64,000 nucleotides of DNA from Anaerolineae bacterium (GTDB lineage Bacteria; Chloroflexota; Anaerolineae; S140-20), in assembly GCA_027021705.1 (NCBI GenBank), contig JALUTT010000117.1:39099-103098 (forward strand). Reading direction: 5' to 3'. Position 1 is the first letter of the stretch, and each line of letters starts with the position of its first letter. The notes beneath the pieces are model-generated. The model did not search any database. It was not told the origin of the DNA and saw only the letters and a list, made by a program, of their open reading frames with translations. A program made the position numbers and the translations under genes. Of the stretch, positions 30,180 to 40,955 are shown piece after piece.

Positions 30180-32768
30180 ATGCTCAAGGAGACCGATCTG
30201 ATCCCTCTGCGGCAGATCTTCCCCCCCACCCGGCTGATCACCCATCCGGTCGAACTGCTGACCTACGAGGTGGACGCCGGCCTGGACCGGGGGATGCCCG
30301 AGGCCGTCGTCCTGCCGGAGACGACGGAGGAGGTGGTCCGGCTGGTCTACTGGGCCAGGGAGCACCGGGTTCCCCTCGTCGCCCGGGGGGCCGGCACCGG
30401 CCTCAGCGGCGGGGCCGTCGCCCACCGGGGCGGCGTCATCGTCAACTTCGCCCGGATGGATCGCCTGCTCACCTTCGACGAGGCGGGCCGGACGGTCGTC
30501 GTCCAGCCGGGGATGGTCAACCTGACCCTGGACGGGATGGCCCGCGCCCGAGGCCTCTACTTCCCCCCCGATCCGGCCAGCCAGCGCTCGGCCACCATCG
30601 GCGGCAACATCGCCGAGAACGCCGGCGGCCCCCACTGCTTCAAGTACGGCGTGACCACCAACTACGTCCTGGGGCTGGAGGTGGTCCTGGCCGACGGCCA
30701 GGTGGTGCGGATGGGAGGGGCTGCCTACGACTACCCTGAGTACGACTTCGTCGGGCTGCTCACCGGTTCCGAGGGCACCCTGGGGATCATCACCGAGGCC
30801 ACGCTGCGGCTCATCGGCCTCCCCCCCGCCGTCAAGACGATGATGGCTACCTTCGCCTCGGTCGAGCAGGCCGGGGAGGCCGTCTCCGCCGTCATCGCCC
30901 GGGGGTTGGTGCCGGCCACGATGGAGATGATGGACCAGAAGATCATCGGCATCGTCGAGGAGTACACCCACGCCGGGCTGCCCGTCGAGGCCGGTGCCCT
31001 GCTCATCATCGAGGTGGACGGCTACCCGGAGAGCCTGGATCAGCAGGCCGAGGAGATCGCCGAGGTCGTGCGGGCCCACGGATGCCAGGAGCTGCGCATC
31101 GCCCGGACGGAGGCGGAGCGCCAGCAGATCTGGTACGGGCGGAAGAGCGCCGCCGGGGCCATCTCCCGCCTCAGCCCTGCCTACTACTTGGTGGACGGTA
31201 CCGTCCCCCGCTCCCGCCTGGCCGAGGCCCTGGCCCGCACCAACGAGATCGGGGAGCGGTACGGGCTGCGCATCGGCTACCTCTTCCACGCCGGCGACGG
31301 CAACCTGCACCCCCTCGTCCTCTTCGACCCCGCCGACCCCGAGGAGACGGAGCGGGTCCACCGGGCAGGGCGGGAGATGATGGAGTTGGTCGTTGCCCTC
31401 AACGGCTCTATCACCGGCGAGCACGGCGTCGGCCTGGAGAAGCGGGACTTTATGCCCCTAATGTACGGGGCAGCGGAACTCCAGGCGATGCAGGAGATCA
31501 AGGCCCTCTTCGACCCGGAAGGGCTGCTCAACCCCGGCAAGGTCTTCCCCGCCTCCTTCGCGCCCCCACCCCCTCCGACGGCCCCGGCCCCTGCCGAGCC
31601 GCCCCCCTCCCCCTTCGCCCCGGCCACCCCCCAGGAGGCCGCCGACTTCCTGCGAGCCTGCCAGGCCGCCGGACGCCGGGTCTGGATCGCCGGGCGGGCC
31701 GACGGTCCCCCCGCCCATCCGGCCTTCCGCCCGGCCCCCAAGGATGCGCTCCTGGTCACCTCGGCGATGCAGGGCATCGTCGAGGCTGCACCGGCCGACC
31801 TCTACGTCACCGTCCGGGCCGGGACGCCGCTGGCCGCGTTGCAGGAGGAACTGGCCTCCCAAGGGGTCTGGGTTCCCCTCCTCTCCCCCTGGCCCGAGGC
31901 CACCGTCGGCGGCCTCGTCTCGGCCAACCTCAACGCGCCCCTGCGGATGCGCTACGGCGGGGTGCGGGACCTGGTCCTGGCCCTCCAGGTAGTCCTGCCC
32001 GACGGACGCCCCCTCCGCTTCGGCCGGCCGGTGGTCAAGAACGTGGCCGGCTACGACATGGCGAAGCTCTTCGTCGGGGCCTGGGGCACCCTGGGGCTGA
32101 TCACCGAGGTCACGCTGCGGCTGGTCCCCCGCCCCCGCGTCCGACGCAGCCTCCTGGTGGCCGTGGACGACCTGGCCCAAGGGGTGGCCTGGGGGAGCGC
32201 CCTCCTCCGGCGGGCCATCGTGGCCTCGGCGATCCTCCTGGAGCAGGATGGGGAGGACGGGGCGACGCCGGGGGCGATGCGCCTCATCTACACCGCCGAG
32301 GGCCACCCCCAGGACGTGGAGGCTGAGCTACGGGGGGCGCGGGCGCTGTTGGAGCAGGCGGGGGCTCCGGAGGTTGTCGAGGAGGAGATGGGGGGGAGCG
32401 ACCGCTGGTCGGCGCTCCTGGCCCGCCCTGACGGGTTCACGGTGCGGATCGGGCTGCCGCCCCGGGATCTGCCCGGTTACGTGCCGGCCCAACTCGATCT
32501 TCTGGCCGGCCTGCCCCTCATCGCCGACTTCGCCAGCGGTCAGCTTCACCTGCACCTGCCCAACAACCGGGAGAGCGGGGAGCGGCTGGAGGCGCTGCGC
32601 CGGGCAGCCCTGGCCCTGGGAGGGTACGCCGTCGTCACGGCAGCCCCACCCGCCCCGGAGGTGGCGGTGGACTGGTGGGGCTACCGCCCGGAGGTGGGAC
32701 CGCTGATGCAGGCCCTCAAGCATCGGTGGGACCCAGCCCGCATTGTAAACGCAAATGTGGTCGGATAA
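30180..32768 (+). CDS. FAD-linked oxidase, GlcD-GlcE fusion
   Basis: N-half ARGAGTGLSGG, PDPASQ, HAGDGNLH, EHGVG (GlcD-like); Pro-rich linker; C-half ATVGG, VVKNVAGYD (GlcE-like). Confidence 0.85.
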   Translation: MLKETDLIPLRQIFPPTRLITHPVELLTYEVDAGLDRGMPEAVVLPETTEEVVRLVYWAREHRVPLVARGAGTGLSGGAVAHRGGVIVNFARMDRLLTFDEAGRTVVVQPGMVNLTLDGMARARGLYFPPDPASQRSATIGGNIAENAGGPHCFKYGVTTNYVLGLEVVLADGQVVRMGGAAYDYPEYDFVGLLTGSEGTLGIITEATLRLIGLPPAVKTMMATFASVEQAGEAVSAVIARGLVPATMEMMDQKIIGIVEEYTHAGLPVEAGALLIIEVDGYPESLDQQAEEIAEVVRAHGCQELRIARTEAERQQIWYGRKSAAGAISRLSPAYYLVDGTVPRSRLAEALARTNEIGERYGLRIGYLFHAGDGNLHPLVLFDPADPEETERVHRAGREMMELVVALNGSITGEHGVGLEKRDFMPLMYGAAELQAMQEIKALFDPEGLLNPGKVFPASFAPPPPPTAPAPAEPPPSPFAPATPQEAADFLRACQAAGRRVWIAGRADGPPAHPAFRPAPKDALLVTSAMQGIVEAAPADLYVTVRAGTPLAALQEELASQGVWVPLLSPWPEATVGGLVSANLNAPLRMRYGGVRDLVLALQVVLPDGRPLRFGRPVVKNVAGYDMAKLFVGAWGTLGLITEVTLRLVPRPRVRRSLLVAVDDLAQGVAWGSALLRRAIVASAILLEQDGEDGATPGAMRLIYTAEGHPQDVEAELRGARALLEQAGAPEVVEEEMGGSDRWSALLARPDGFTVRIGLPPRDLPGYVPAQLDLLAGLPLIADFASGQLHLHLPNNRESGERLEALRRAALALGGYAVVTAAPPAPEVAVDWWGYRPEVGPLMQALKHRWDPARIVNANVVG

Positions 32769-32849
32769 TCTTCCCCGCTTGCCCCGACCTGCCCGCTGGG
32801 GTAGAATTAGGGATGGGAACCGCCCACCTTACGCCAGCGCCCTTCGACG

Positions 32850-34052
32850 ATGGCCTCGTGCAACTACCCACGCCGAGAGACCCTTCTGCTCCTCCTGGTC
32901 GCCTACCTCACCTGGGGAGGTGTGGCCCTCCTGGGGCTGAGCCTCCTGCGCCAGGTCGGTGGACCGTGGAAGCTTGCCGCTGGCCTGATGTTGCTCTTCG
33001 GTCTGCTGATGGCCCTGGTGCCCAGGCTCCAGAGCGATAGCTGGCGGCTCCACCTCTACCTGGCCCTGCAAGCCACCTTGGTCACCGCCTTGATCCCCCT
33101 CCACGCTGCTCCCCTCTCCACCTTCGCCATCCTCAACTTCGTCCTCAGCGCCCAGGCGATGCTGATGCTCCCTCTGGGGCGAGGACTGTCCTGGATCGGA
33201 CTGCTGACGCTGCTGACGGGAGGGGCCTTCGTCTACCGACTGGGCTGGCCCGGGGGGCTGCTGACGTTGCTCCCCTACGCCGGAGGATACCTCTTCTTCG
33301 GCACCTTCGCCCACGTCCTGGCCCGGGCGGAAGCCGCCCGTCGGAGGAGTCAGGCTTTGCTGGCCGAACTCCAGGAAGCTCACCGCCAGCTCCAGGCCTA
33401 CGCCACCCAGGTGGAAGCGCTGGCCGTGGCCCAGGAGCGCAACCGGCTGGCCCGCGAGATGCACGACACCCTGGGCCACCGCCTCACCGTGGCCGCCGTG
33501 CAACTGGAGGGAGCCCAGCGGCTGATCCCCACCGACCCGGAGCGGGCGAGCCGGATGGTCGAGACGGTGCGCCGGCAGGTGCGCGAGGCGCTGGCTGAAC
33601 TGCGGCAGACGGTGGCGGCTCTCCAGGCACCACTGGAAGCCGACCTGGCGCTGGACCGGGCGCTGACCCGGCTGGCGACCGGCTTCGAGGAGGCCACCGG
33701 CATCGCCGTCCACCTGACGCTGCCCAACGAGATGCCGGCCCTGCCCGCCGCCCACCGGCTGGCCCTCTACCGGGCCGCCCAGGAGGCGCTGACCAACGTG
33801 CAACGCCACGCCCAGGCCAGCAACGTCTGGTTGCAACTGGCCCGGCGGGACGGGGAGATCGAGCTGCTGGTCGGTGACGACGGCATCGGCTTCCCGGCCA
33901 ACGCCGAGGAGAACGGTTTCGGGCTACGCGGGTTGCGTGAGCGAGCCGTCCAACTGGGCGGGGCGCTGCGGCTGGAATCCAGGCCGGGCGGGGGAGCGCA
34001 ACTGCGCCTTCACCTGCCCCTCGCGTTCTCGGAGGAGAGCGAACCGCCGTGA
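32850..34052 (+). CDS. Sensor histidine kinase (HisKA_3 type)
   Basis: ERNRLAREMHDTLGH, QEALTNVQRHA, DDGIGF, GFGLRGLRER; N-terminal TM helices. Confidence 0.93.
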   Translation: MASCNYPRRETLLLLLVAYLTWGGVALLGLSLLRQVGGPWKLAAGLMLLFGLLMALVPRLQSDSWRLHLYLALQATLVTALIPLHAAPLSTFAILNFVLSAQAMLMLPLGRGLSWIGLLTLLTGGAFVYRLGWPGGLLTLLPYAGGYLFFGTFAHVLARAEAARRRSQALLAELQEAHRQLQAYATQVEALAVAQERNRLAREMHDTLGHRLTVAAVQLEGAQRLIPTDPERASRMVETVRRQVREALAELRQTVAALQAPLEADLALDRALTRLATGFEEATGIAVHLTLPNEMPALPAAHRLALYRAAQEALTNVQRHAQASNVWLQLARRDGEIELLVGDDGIGFPANAEENGFGLRGLRERAVQLGGALRLESRPGGGAQLRLHLPLAFSEESEPP

Positions 34053-34717
34053 GAGAAGCACGACCGACCCCTATTCGGGTCCTCCTGGTGGACGACCAGC
34101 GGCTGATGCGCGAGGGGCTGCGCATCCTGCTGGAACTGGAGCCGGACCTGGAGGTGGTGGGCGAGGCCGGCGACGGCCAGGCCGCCCTGGATGCCTACGC
34201 CGCCCTCCGGCCCGACGTGGTGTTGATGGACGTGCGGATGCCTGGGATGGACGGCGTCGAGGCCACCCGGCGGCTGCGGGAGCGCTGGCCCGAGGCCCGG
34301 GTGATTATCCTGACCACCTTCGACGACGACGAGTACGTCTTCGAGGGGCTGCGGGCCGGAGCGCTGGGCTACCTGCTCAAGGACGTCTCCGGTCAGGAGC
34401 TGGCCGAGGCGGTGCGCACGGTGGCCGCCGGCGGGGCGCTCATCGAGCCCTCGGTAGCCCGCAAGGTGTTGGCCGAGTTCGCCCGGCTGGCCCCGCCGGC
34501 CCGACCCATCGAGGCCGGGCTGCCCACCCCCCTCTCGGAGCGGGAGCGGGAGGTGCTGCGGCTCCTGGCCCTGGGCCTGACCAACCGGGAGATCGCCGCC
34601 CGCCTCTACCTGGCCGAGGGGACGGTGAAGAATTACGTCACCAGCATCTTGCAGAAACTGGGCGTCCGGGACCGCACCCAGGCCGCCCTCCGAGCCCGCG
34701 AGATAGGGCTGCTCTGA
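34049..34717 (+). CDS. NarL/LuxR-family response regulator
   Basis: LLVDD, DVVLMDVRMP, LSEREREVL..GLTNREIA HTH. Confidence 0.95.
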   Translation: MREARPTPIRVLLVDDQRLMREGLRILLELEPDLEVVGEAGDGQAALDAYAALRPDVVLMDVRMPGMDGVEATRRLRERWPEARVIILTTFDDDEYVFEGLRAGALGYLLKDVSGQELAEAVRTVAAGGALIEPSVARKVLAEFARLAPPARPIEAGLPTPLSEREREVLRLLALGLTNREIAARLYLAEGTVKNYVTSILQKLGVRDRTQAALRAREIGLL

Positions 34718-34775
34718 ACGGGCGGCATCCCCCTCGGGCTCACCCAACGTTGACTCGCGCCAACCGACCTCTTGG

Positions 34776-34980
34776 GTGGACGCAGACCGGCGGGCCGGCG
34801 GTGACCCTGAGCAGCCGGACGGTCGTCTCTCCGACCTTTACCGCGCCGGCCAACCCGACGGTGCTGACCTTCACCCTGATCGTCACCGACAGCCTAGGGC
34901 TGGCCGCCACCGCGCCGGACGACGTGGTGATCACGGTGGAAAGCTACCGCATCTACTTGCCGCTGGTCCTGAAGGAATAG
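34776..34980 (+). pseudogene. C-terminal remnant of a secreted PKD-domain protein ending in a YLPLV motif
   Basis: WTQTGGPAVTLS...PTFTAP...LTFTLIVTDS.GL...YRIYLPLVLKE*; no plausible start or signal peptide. Confidence 0.7.
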
Positions 34981-34988
34981 GAGCACCG

Positions 34989-35100
34989 TGTTCACCCTCC
35001 CGCAGGTTAGGCACGTTTCCGACGCGAAACCGTGCTTCAAAGAGCCCATCGGGGCTGAAAGCGCCCTCGACCGGTGACCTGCGGGAGGGTAGGCTGAATA
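34989..35100 (+). repeat. Repeat family B, copy 4
   Basis: Near-identical to 5402-5513. Confidence 0.88.
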
Positions 35101-35115
35101 GATACAGGAGCGCCT

Positions 35116-35754
35116 ATGTTTATCAAAACGCTGGCTGTGGGACCGCTGGAGACCAACTGCTACCTCATCGGCTGTGAGGAGACGGGGGAGGGGGCGGTCA
35201 TTGACCCGGGCGGGGACGCGCCGGTGATCCTGGCCGCCGTCGAGGAGGCCGGCCTGACCATCCGCTACGTGCTGAACACCCACGCCCACTTCGACCATAT
35301 CGGGGCCAACGCCGACGTGGTGGCCGCCACCGGCGCGCCGTTGGGGCTCCATCCTCGAGACCTCCCCCTGCTGCGGGCGCGGGGCGGGGCGGACCTGTGG
35401 GGCTTCCCCCTCAAGCCCAGCCCCTTGCCCGACCTGGAGCTGGCCGACGGTCAGGTGCTGGAGGTGGGGCAGTTGCGCCTCCACGTCCTCTTCACGCCCG
35501 GCCACTCGCCGGGCCACGTCTCGTTCTACGAGCCCACGGCGGGGGTGATCTTCGACGGGGACGTCCTCTTCTGGCGGGGGATCGGGCGGACGGACCTGTA
35601 CGGGGGGGATTACCGGACGCTGATGGAGAGCATCCACCGCCGGCTGCTGACGCTGCCCGACGAGACCGTCGTCTACCCCGGCCACGGGCCGGCGACCACC
35701 ATCGGCGAGGAACGGCGGGGCAATCCCTTTCTGGTCGCTTTTGGGGGGCGTTAG
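35116..35754 (+). CDS. MBL-fold metallo-hydrolase (glyoxalase II-like)
   Basis: THAHFDHIG, TPGHSPG, GDVLF, YPGHG. Confidence 0.93.
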   Translation: MFIKTLAVGPLETNCYLIGCEETGEGAVIDPGGDAPVILAAVEEAGLTIRYVLNTHAHFDHIGANADVVAATGAPLGLHPRDLPLLRARGGADLWGFPLKPSPLPDLELADGQVLEVGQLRLHVLFTPGHSPGHVSFYEPTAGVIFDGDVLFWRGIGRTDLYGGDYRTLMESIHRRLLTLPDETVVYPGHGPATTIGEERRGNPFLVAFGGR

Positions 35755-35811
35755 AGCCGGCGACCTAGTGGCCCAGCGGCCCGGCAGACCGCCGGGGGGA
35801 GGCACCGGGGA

Positions 35812-36030
35812 TCAAGGGGCAAGGGGCAAGTTGCAAGTTGCAAGTTGCAAGGGGCAAGTTGCAAGAGGCAAGGGCTGAGGGCTGAGGACCGAGGACTACC
35901 CGACCACCTGACCACCTGACCACCCGACCAAGCGACCAAGCGGCCCGGAGACCACGGACCGAGGACTGAGGACTCTAGCGTGCAAGAATCAGACCAGCAG
36001 ACCACTGGACCACTGGACCATTAGACCACT
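35812..36030. repeat. Compound short tandem repeat block (CAAGGGG/CAAGTTG, CTGAGGA, GACCACCT/GACCACTG)
   Basis: Successive 7-mer and 8-mer tracts abutting the last CRISPR repeat. Confidence 0.9.
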
Positions 36031-36031
36031 G

Positions 36032-39000
36032 CGGTTCACCCCCACGTGTGTGGGGAAACGCTATGCCTCTGCAGCCTGTGCGGAGTTGGGCTCGGTTCAC
36101 CCCCACGTGTAGGGAAACGAGGTGCGACGCACTTTGGAAGTGCGTCGCACCTGGTTCACCCCCACGTGTGTGGGAAAACGGCAGACCTCGAGGACGCTGG
36201 GAAACACCCACAACGGTTCACCCCCACGTGTGTGGGGAAACGGAAGAGGTCATCATCAACGGCCCCGACAACATCGGTTCACCCCCACGTGTGTGGGGAA
36301 ACGTACCGCATCCACGAAGGCACTAGAGCTGCTATACGGTTCACCCCCACGTGTGTGGGGAAACGGCAGACCTCGAGGACGCTGGGAAACACCCACAACG
36401 GTTCACCCCCACGTGTGTGGGGAAACGTTGCCCAGGATTCCCTTGGCCGAGCTTGTCGCCGGTTCACCCCCACGTGTGTGGGGAAACGCCGAATGGGATC
36501 ATCGCCGTTGCGCCATTCGGCGGTTCACCCCCACGTGTGTGGGAGACGCTCGCCGTTTTACGCTTCACGCTTCACGCTTGCGGTTCACCCCCACGTGTGT
36601 GGGGAAACGTGCTCGCGCAGTTGAGCCAATTTGCGACGTACGGTTCACCCCCACGTGTGTGGGGAAACGGCCTGATGCCCCCCGCCCAGATCGTGGATCC
36701 CATCCGGTTCACCCCCACGTGCGTGGGGAAACGGGGCACGTAAAGGACCCTGTTGCCAAGCGTGCCGGTTCACCCCCACGTGCGTGGGGAAACGGGACAG
36801 GGAGGCGGCCGAGGCGGCGGGCTGTTCGGTTCACCCCCACGTGCGTGGGGAAACGGGGACCACCCGCGTACCGCCGGCCTGATAGGGCGGTTCACCCCCA
36901 CGTGTGTGGGGAAACGCCATCTGGCCGGCCGCCTGTGACGGACCGGCGCGGTTCACCCCCACGTGTGTGGGGAAACGCCCCCGGCCCCCACTAGTGCGGC
37001 CTTTCTCAGCGGTTCACCCCCACGTGTGTGGGGAAACGTCCCAGGCCCGCGTGGGCACGGAGAGGGCCCGCGGTTCACCCCCACGTGTGTGGGGAAACGG
37101 AGCCCAATCGGGAATCGGCATATTCCGAATCGGTTCACCCCCACGTGTGTGGGGAAACGGCATCAGGATCCCGGATGAGGGCGAGAGCTGCCGGTTCACC
37201 CCCACGTGTGTGGGGAAACGGCTCTGATGCGCCATATCATTTGCTCCTCCCTCCGGTTCACCCCCACGTGTGTGGGGAAACGGTCAGCAATACACTGCCT
37301 CGCCAATGCAAGTGCGGTTCACCCCCACGTGTGTGGGGAAACGGAATGTCTCAAGATCCACAGGGATCTCAACCCAGGTTCACCCCCACGTGTGTGGGGA
37401 AACGGACCTGGAGACCGGCGAGGAGACGACGGCTCACGGTTCACCCCCACGTGTGTGGGGAAACGTCAACTTCCTCCCCACCGATGCGACCCACAGCGCG
37501 GTTCACCCCCACGTGTGTGGGGAAACGGGCAGGAAGTCGGCGGGCCGGAACGGCCGTGGCGGTTCACCCCCACGTGTGTGGGGAAACGTGGGTGTGTATG
37601 GTGGGCCGGTGCGGGCATCCCGGTTCACCCCCACGTGTGTGGGGAAACGGAGGAGGGAAACGATGCGAATCAACTGGGGAGCGGTTCACCCCCACGTGTG
37701 TGGGGAAACGCCCATCCGACCTCTTTTTCCTCGATTGCGAGGCGGTTCACCCCCACGTGTGTGGGGAAACGTCCAACGCCTTGGCGCTCATCCTGGGGTT
37801 CTACGGTTCACCCCCACGTGTGTGGGGAAACGGTTGCACCCGAGGAGGCCCTGGAACGCCTTGCGGTTCACCCCCACGTGTGTGGGGAAACGGTGCAGGT
37901 GCGCTGCATATCGGTCCTGATACCCCGGTTCACCCCCACGTGTGTGGGGAAACGTTCTGCCGTTGTCCCCGTACCTGCGGCGTGATACGGTTCACCCCCA
38001 CGTGTGTGGGGAAACGTTGCTCACTCTCCACGTAGCGTCCACCGGTGACGGTTCACCCCCACGTGTGTGGGGAAACGCCACGGGGCACCATCACCGGCCT
38101 ACGGGTTTTCGGTTCACCCCCACGTGTGTGGGGAAACGGTGGGGGCTGTAGCACCCCCTCGGGGAGGGGCGCGGTTCACCCCCACGTGTGTGGGGAAACG
38201 CCCCCATAAATCGGCTCAGGCGCTCCCGCTGCTGGTTCACCCCCACGTGTGTGGGGAAACGCTTGGTAGCGGCGGCCTCCGACCCATTTCCAGACGGTTC
38301 ACCCCCACGTGTGTGGGGAAACGCTGGCCGGATGCCACGAACCGCCACTCGATGTTCGGTTCACCCCCACGTGTGTGGGGAAACGGGCCTGGACCTCGGT
38401 TTGGTGGGCTGGACCCTCGGTTCACCCCCACGTGTGTGGGGAAACGGGCGAGGGCGATGATGAGGCCCTGGATGATTTCGGTTCACCCCCACGTGTGTGG
38501 GGAAACGGGGCTCGTTAGTAATCGTTAACGCCATTTTTACGGTTCACCCCCACGTGTGTGGGGAAACGTTTCTCCGCTGGAGCCGTGACACCGATGCCTA
38601 CCGGTTCACCCCCACGTGTGTGGGGAAACGGAGACCTAGCGACCTCAGAACTGTACACCCCCCCGGTTCACCCCCACGTGTGTGGGGAAACGCTCAGGTC
38701 CGCCGGGGGCGGGGCTGGAGGATGCGGTTCACCCCCACGTGTGTGGGGAAACGGGTGCTACCCTATGTCTACCGGGCTGAGGTCTTCGGTTCACCCCCAC
38801 GTGTGTGGGGAAACGGGAGGTGTGTGATGAAAGAATATCTCGATCTGCGGTTCACCCCCACGTGTGTGGGGAAACGTCATTCCGGGTGTCCATATCGGGC
38901 TAGGGTTTCGGTTCACCCCCACGTGTGTGGGGAAACGCTGAGCAACATCCCCTCTGCGTGGACGGATTCGCGGTTCACCCCCACGTGTGTGGGGAAACGT

Positions 39001-40903
39001 CATACCGTCTCTGGTCTTACAGCAGGACAGGTCGGTTCACCCCCACGTGTGTGGGGAAACGGTATACGGCACGCCGACGGGGAAGACAAACCCCGGTTCA
39101 CCCCCACGTGTGTGGGGAAACGCAAGGTGCCGTCTACCAAACCGGAGCGCAGCGCGGTTCACCCCCACGTGTGTGGGGAAACGGCCTGCGCACGCGGATC
39201 GAGCTCTTCCGTAGCAGGTTCACCCCCACGTGTGTGGGGAAACGTCCCGTGGCGTATAGGCGTATCCCGCGATATACCGGGTTCACCCCCACGTGTGTGG
39301 GGAAACGTTCGCAAGCCGGAGGCTGGAGGGTTAAAGGCGCGGTTCACCCCCACGTGTGTGGGGAAACGGCATCTCCTCAGCATTGGAAACCAGACCCATC
39401 GGTTCACCCCCACGTGTGTGGGGAAACGTCTGGGTCTGTGCAAATGAAAATCCTTGTCATCGGTTCACCCCCACGTGTGTGGGGAAACGTCTTGATTTCT
39501 CGGGTGGCCATCGTTTCCCTCCTGGTTCACCCCCACGTGTGTGGGGAAACGCGTAGTCCTCGCTGCTCGTAGACGGAGCGTTGCGGTTCACCCCCACGTG
39601 TGTGGGGAAACGGGCATTCAGCCGCGATTGCTCCTGAAATGCCTCGGTTCACCCCCACGTGTGTGGGGAAACGGTTGAGCACCAGGTTCAGAAGATCATA
39701 CTTTCCGGTTCACCCCCACGTGTGTGGGGAAACGTTATCACTGATGCCGGAGTAACCATCTTGCCGTCTGGTTCACCCCCACGTGTGTGGGGAAACGGGC
39801 GGTAAAACAGATGGTCGGCATAACTGTCTCCGGTTCACCCCCACGTGTGTGGGGAAACGTCGTCGTTCCATCCTGGGCGTGGTGATGAGCGCGGTTCACC
39901 CCCACGTGTGTGGGGAAACGGTCGAGAGCACGCATCACGGCCTTGTAGGCCCCGGTTCACCCCCACGTGTGTGGGGAAACGGTGGATTTGTCCGAGGAGG
40001 AAGAAAGGCTTATCGGTTCACCCCCACGTGTGTGGGGAAACGGCGGTTCGACGATGTGAGGCGCACCGAGATTCGGTTCACCCCCACGTGTGTGGGGAAA
40101 CGGATCCACCCGCCAGAAGATGCCGTCTCCTTCCGGTTCACCCCCACGTGTGTGGGGAAACGTGAGGAGATTCATAGGCTCGACGGCACGTATGCGGTTC
40201 ACCCCCACGTGTGTGGGGAAACGTCACACTCCACTCGACGGCAATATACCGCAACTGCGGTTCACCCCCACGTGTGTGGGGAAACGTGGCCTCTGTCGGC
40301 GAACCCGTCAAGGCGCTTAGGTTCACCCCCACGTGTGTGGGGAAACGTGTGTCCAGCGCATTGCGGACTCTTAGGGAGTCCGGTTCACCCCCACGTGTGT
40401 GGGGAAACGGGGAAATCGCGCCACGCGAGGCCAGCAGTACACGGTTCACCCCCACGTGTGTGGGGAAACGGGACACAATGGCTCGCCCTCAGATTCTTTG
40501 GTTCGGTTCACCCCCACGTGTGTGGGGAAACGTGGCCATTGCTATCCTTCAGCTTCGCAATCTGCGGTTCACCCCCACGTGTGTGGGGAAACGGAGTGCC
40601 TTCCTCCGGGCGCTCGGCTACCAGCGGTTCACCCCCACGTGTGTGGGGAAACGGAAAACGATCTGGCCGCTGCTGGTCATGCTGTCGGTTCACCCCCACG
40701 TGTGTGGGGAAACGGGGAGACACGACGCAGCTCAGCGATCTCTACTACTCGGTTCACCCCCACGTGTGTGGGGAAACGGAAAACGATCTGGCCGCTGCTG
40801 GTCATGCTGTCGGTTCACCCCCACGTGTGTGGGGAAACGGGGAGACACGACGCAGCTCAGCGATCTCTACTACTCGGTTCACCCCCACGTGTGTGGGGAA
40901 ACG
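36032..40903 (-). CRISPR. Type I-E CRISPR array, 80 repeats and 79 spacers by manual count
   Basis: 29-nt repeat CGTTTCCCCACACACGTGGGGGTGAACCG on the minus strand (I-E-like hairpin and 8-nt handle); spacers about 31-35 nt; degenerate repeats at the 36.0-36.6 kb trailer end; variable terminal base as expected for the PAM-derived nucleotide in I-E. Confidence 0.98.
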
Positions 40904-40955
40904 GCTTGATACTCCTCCTGCATGATGGGAATTCTAGACAATTTTCTGTGCTCCA
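40904..40955 (-). promoter_or_regulatory. CRISPR leader (very short)
   Basis: AT-richer 52-bp gap between the cas2 stop and the first repeat. Confidence 0.6.

Noticed and set aside
36032..40903. Full-length spacer matches to genes within this window
   Set aside because: None was found by eye apart from the partial heptamer similarity; a computational search is needed.
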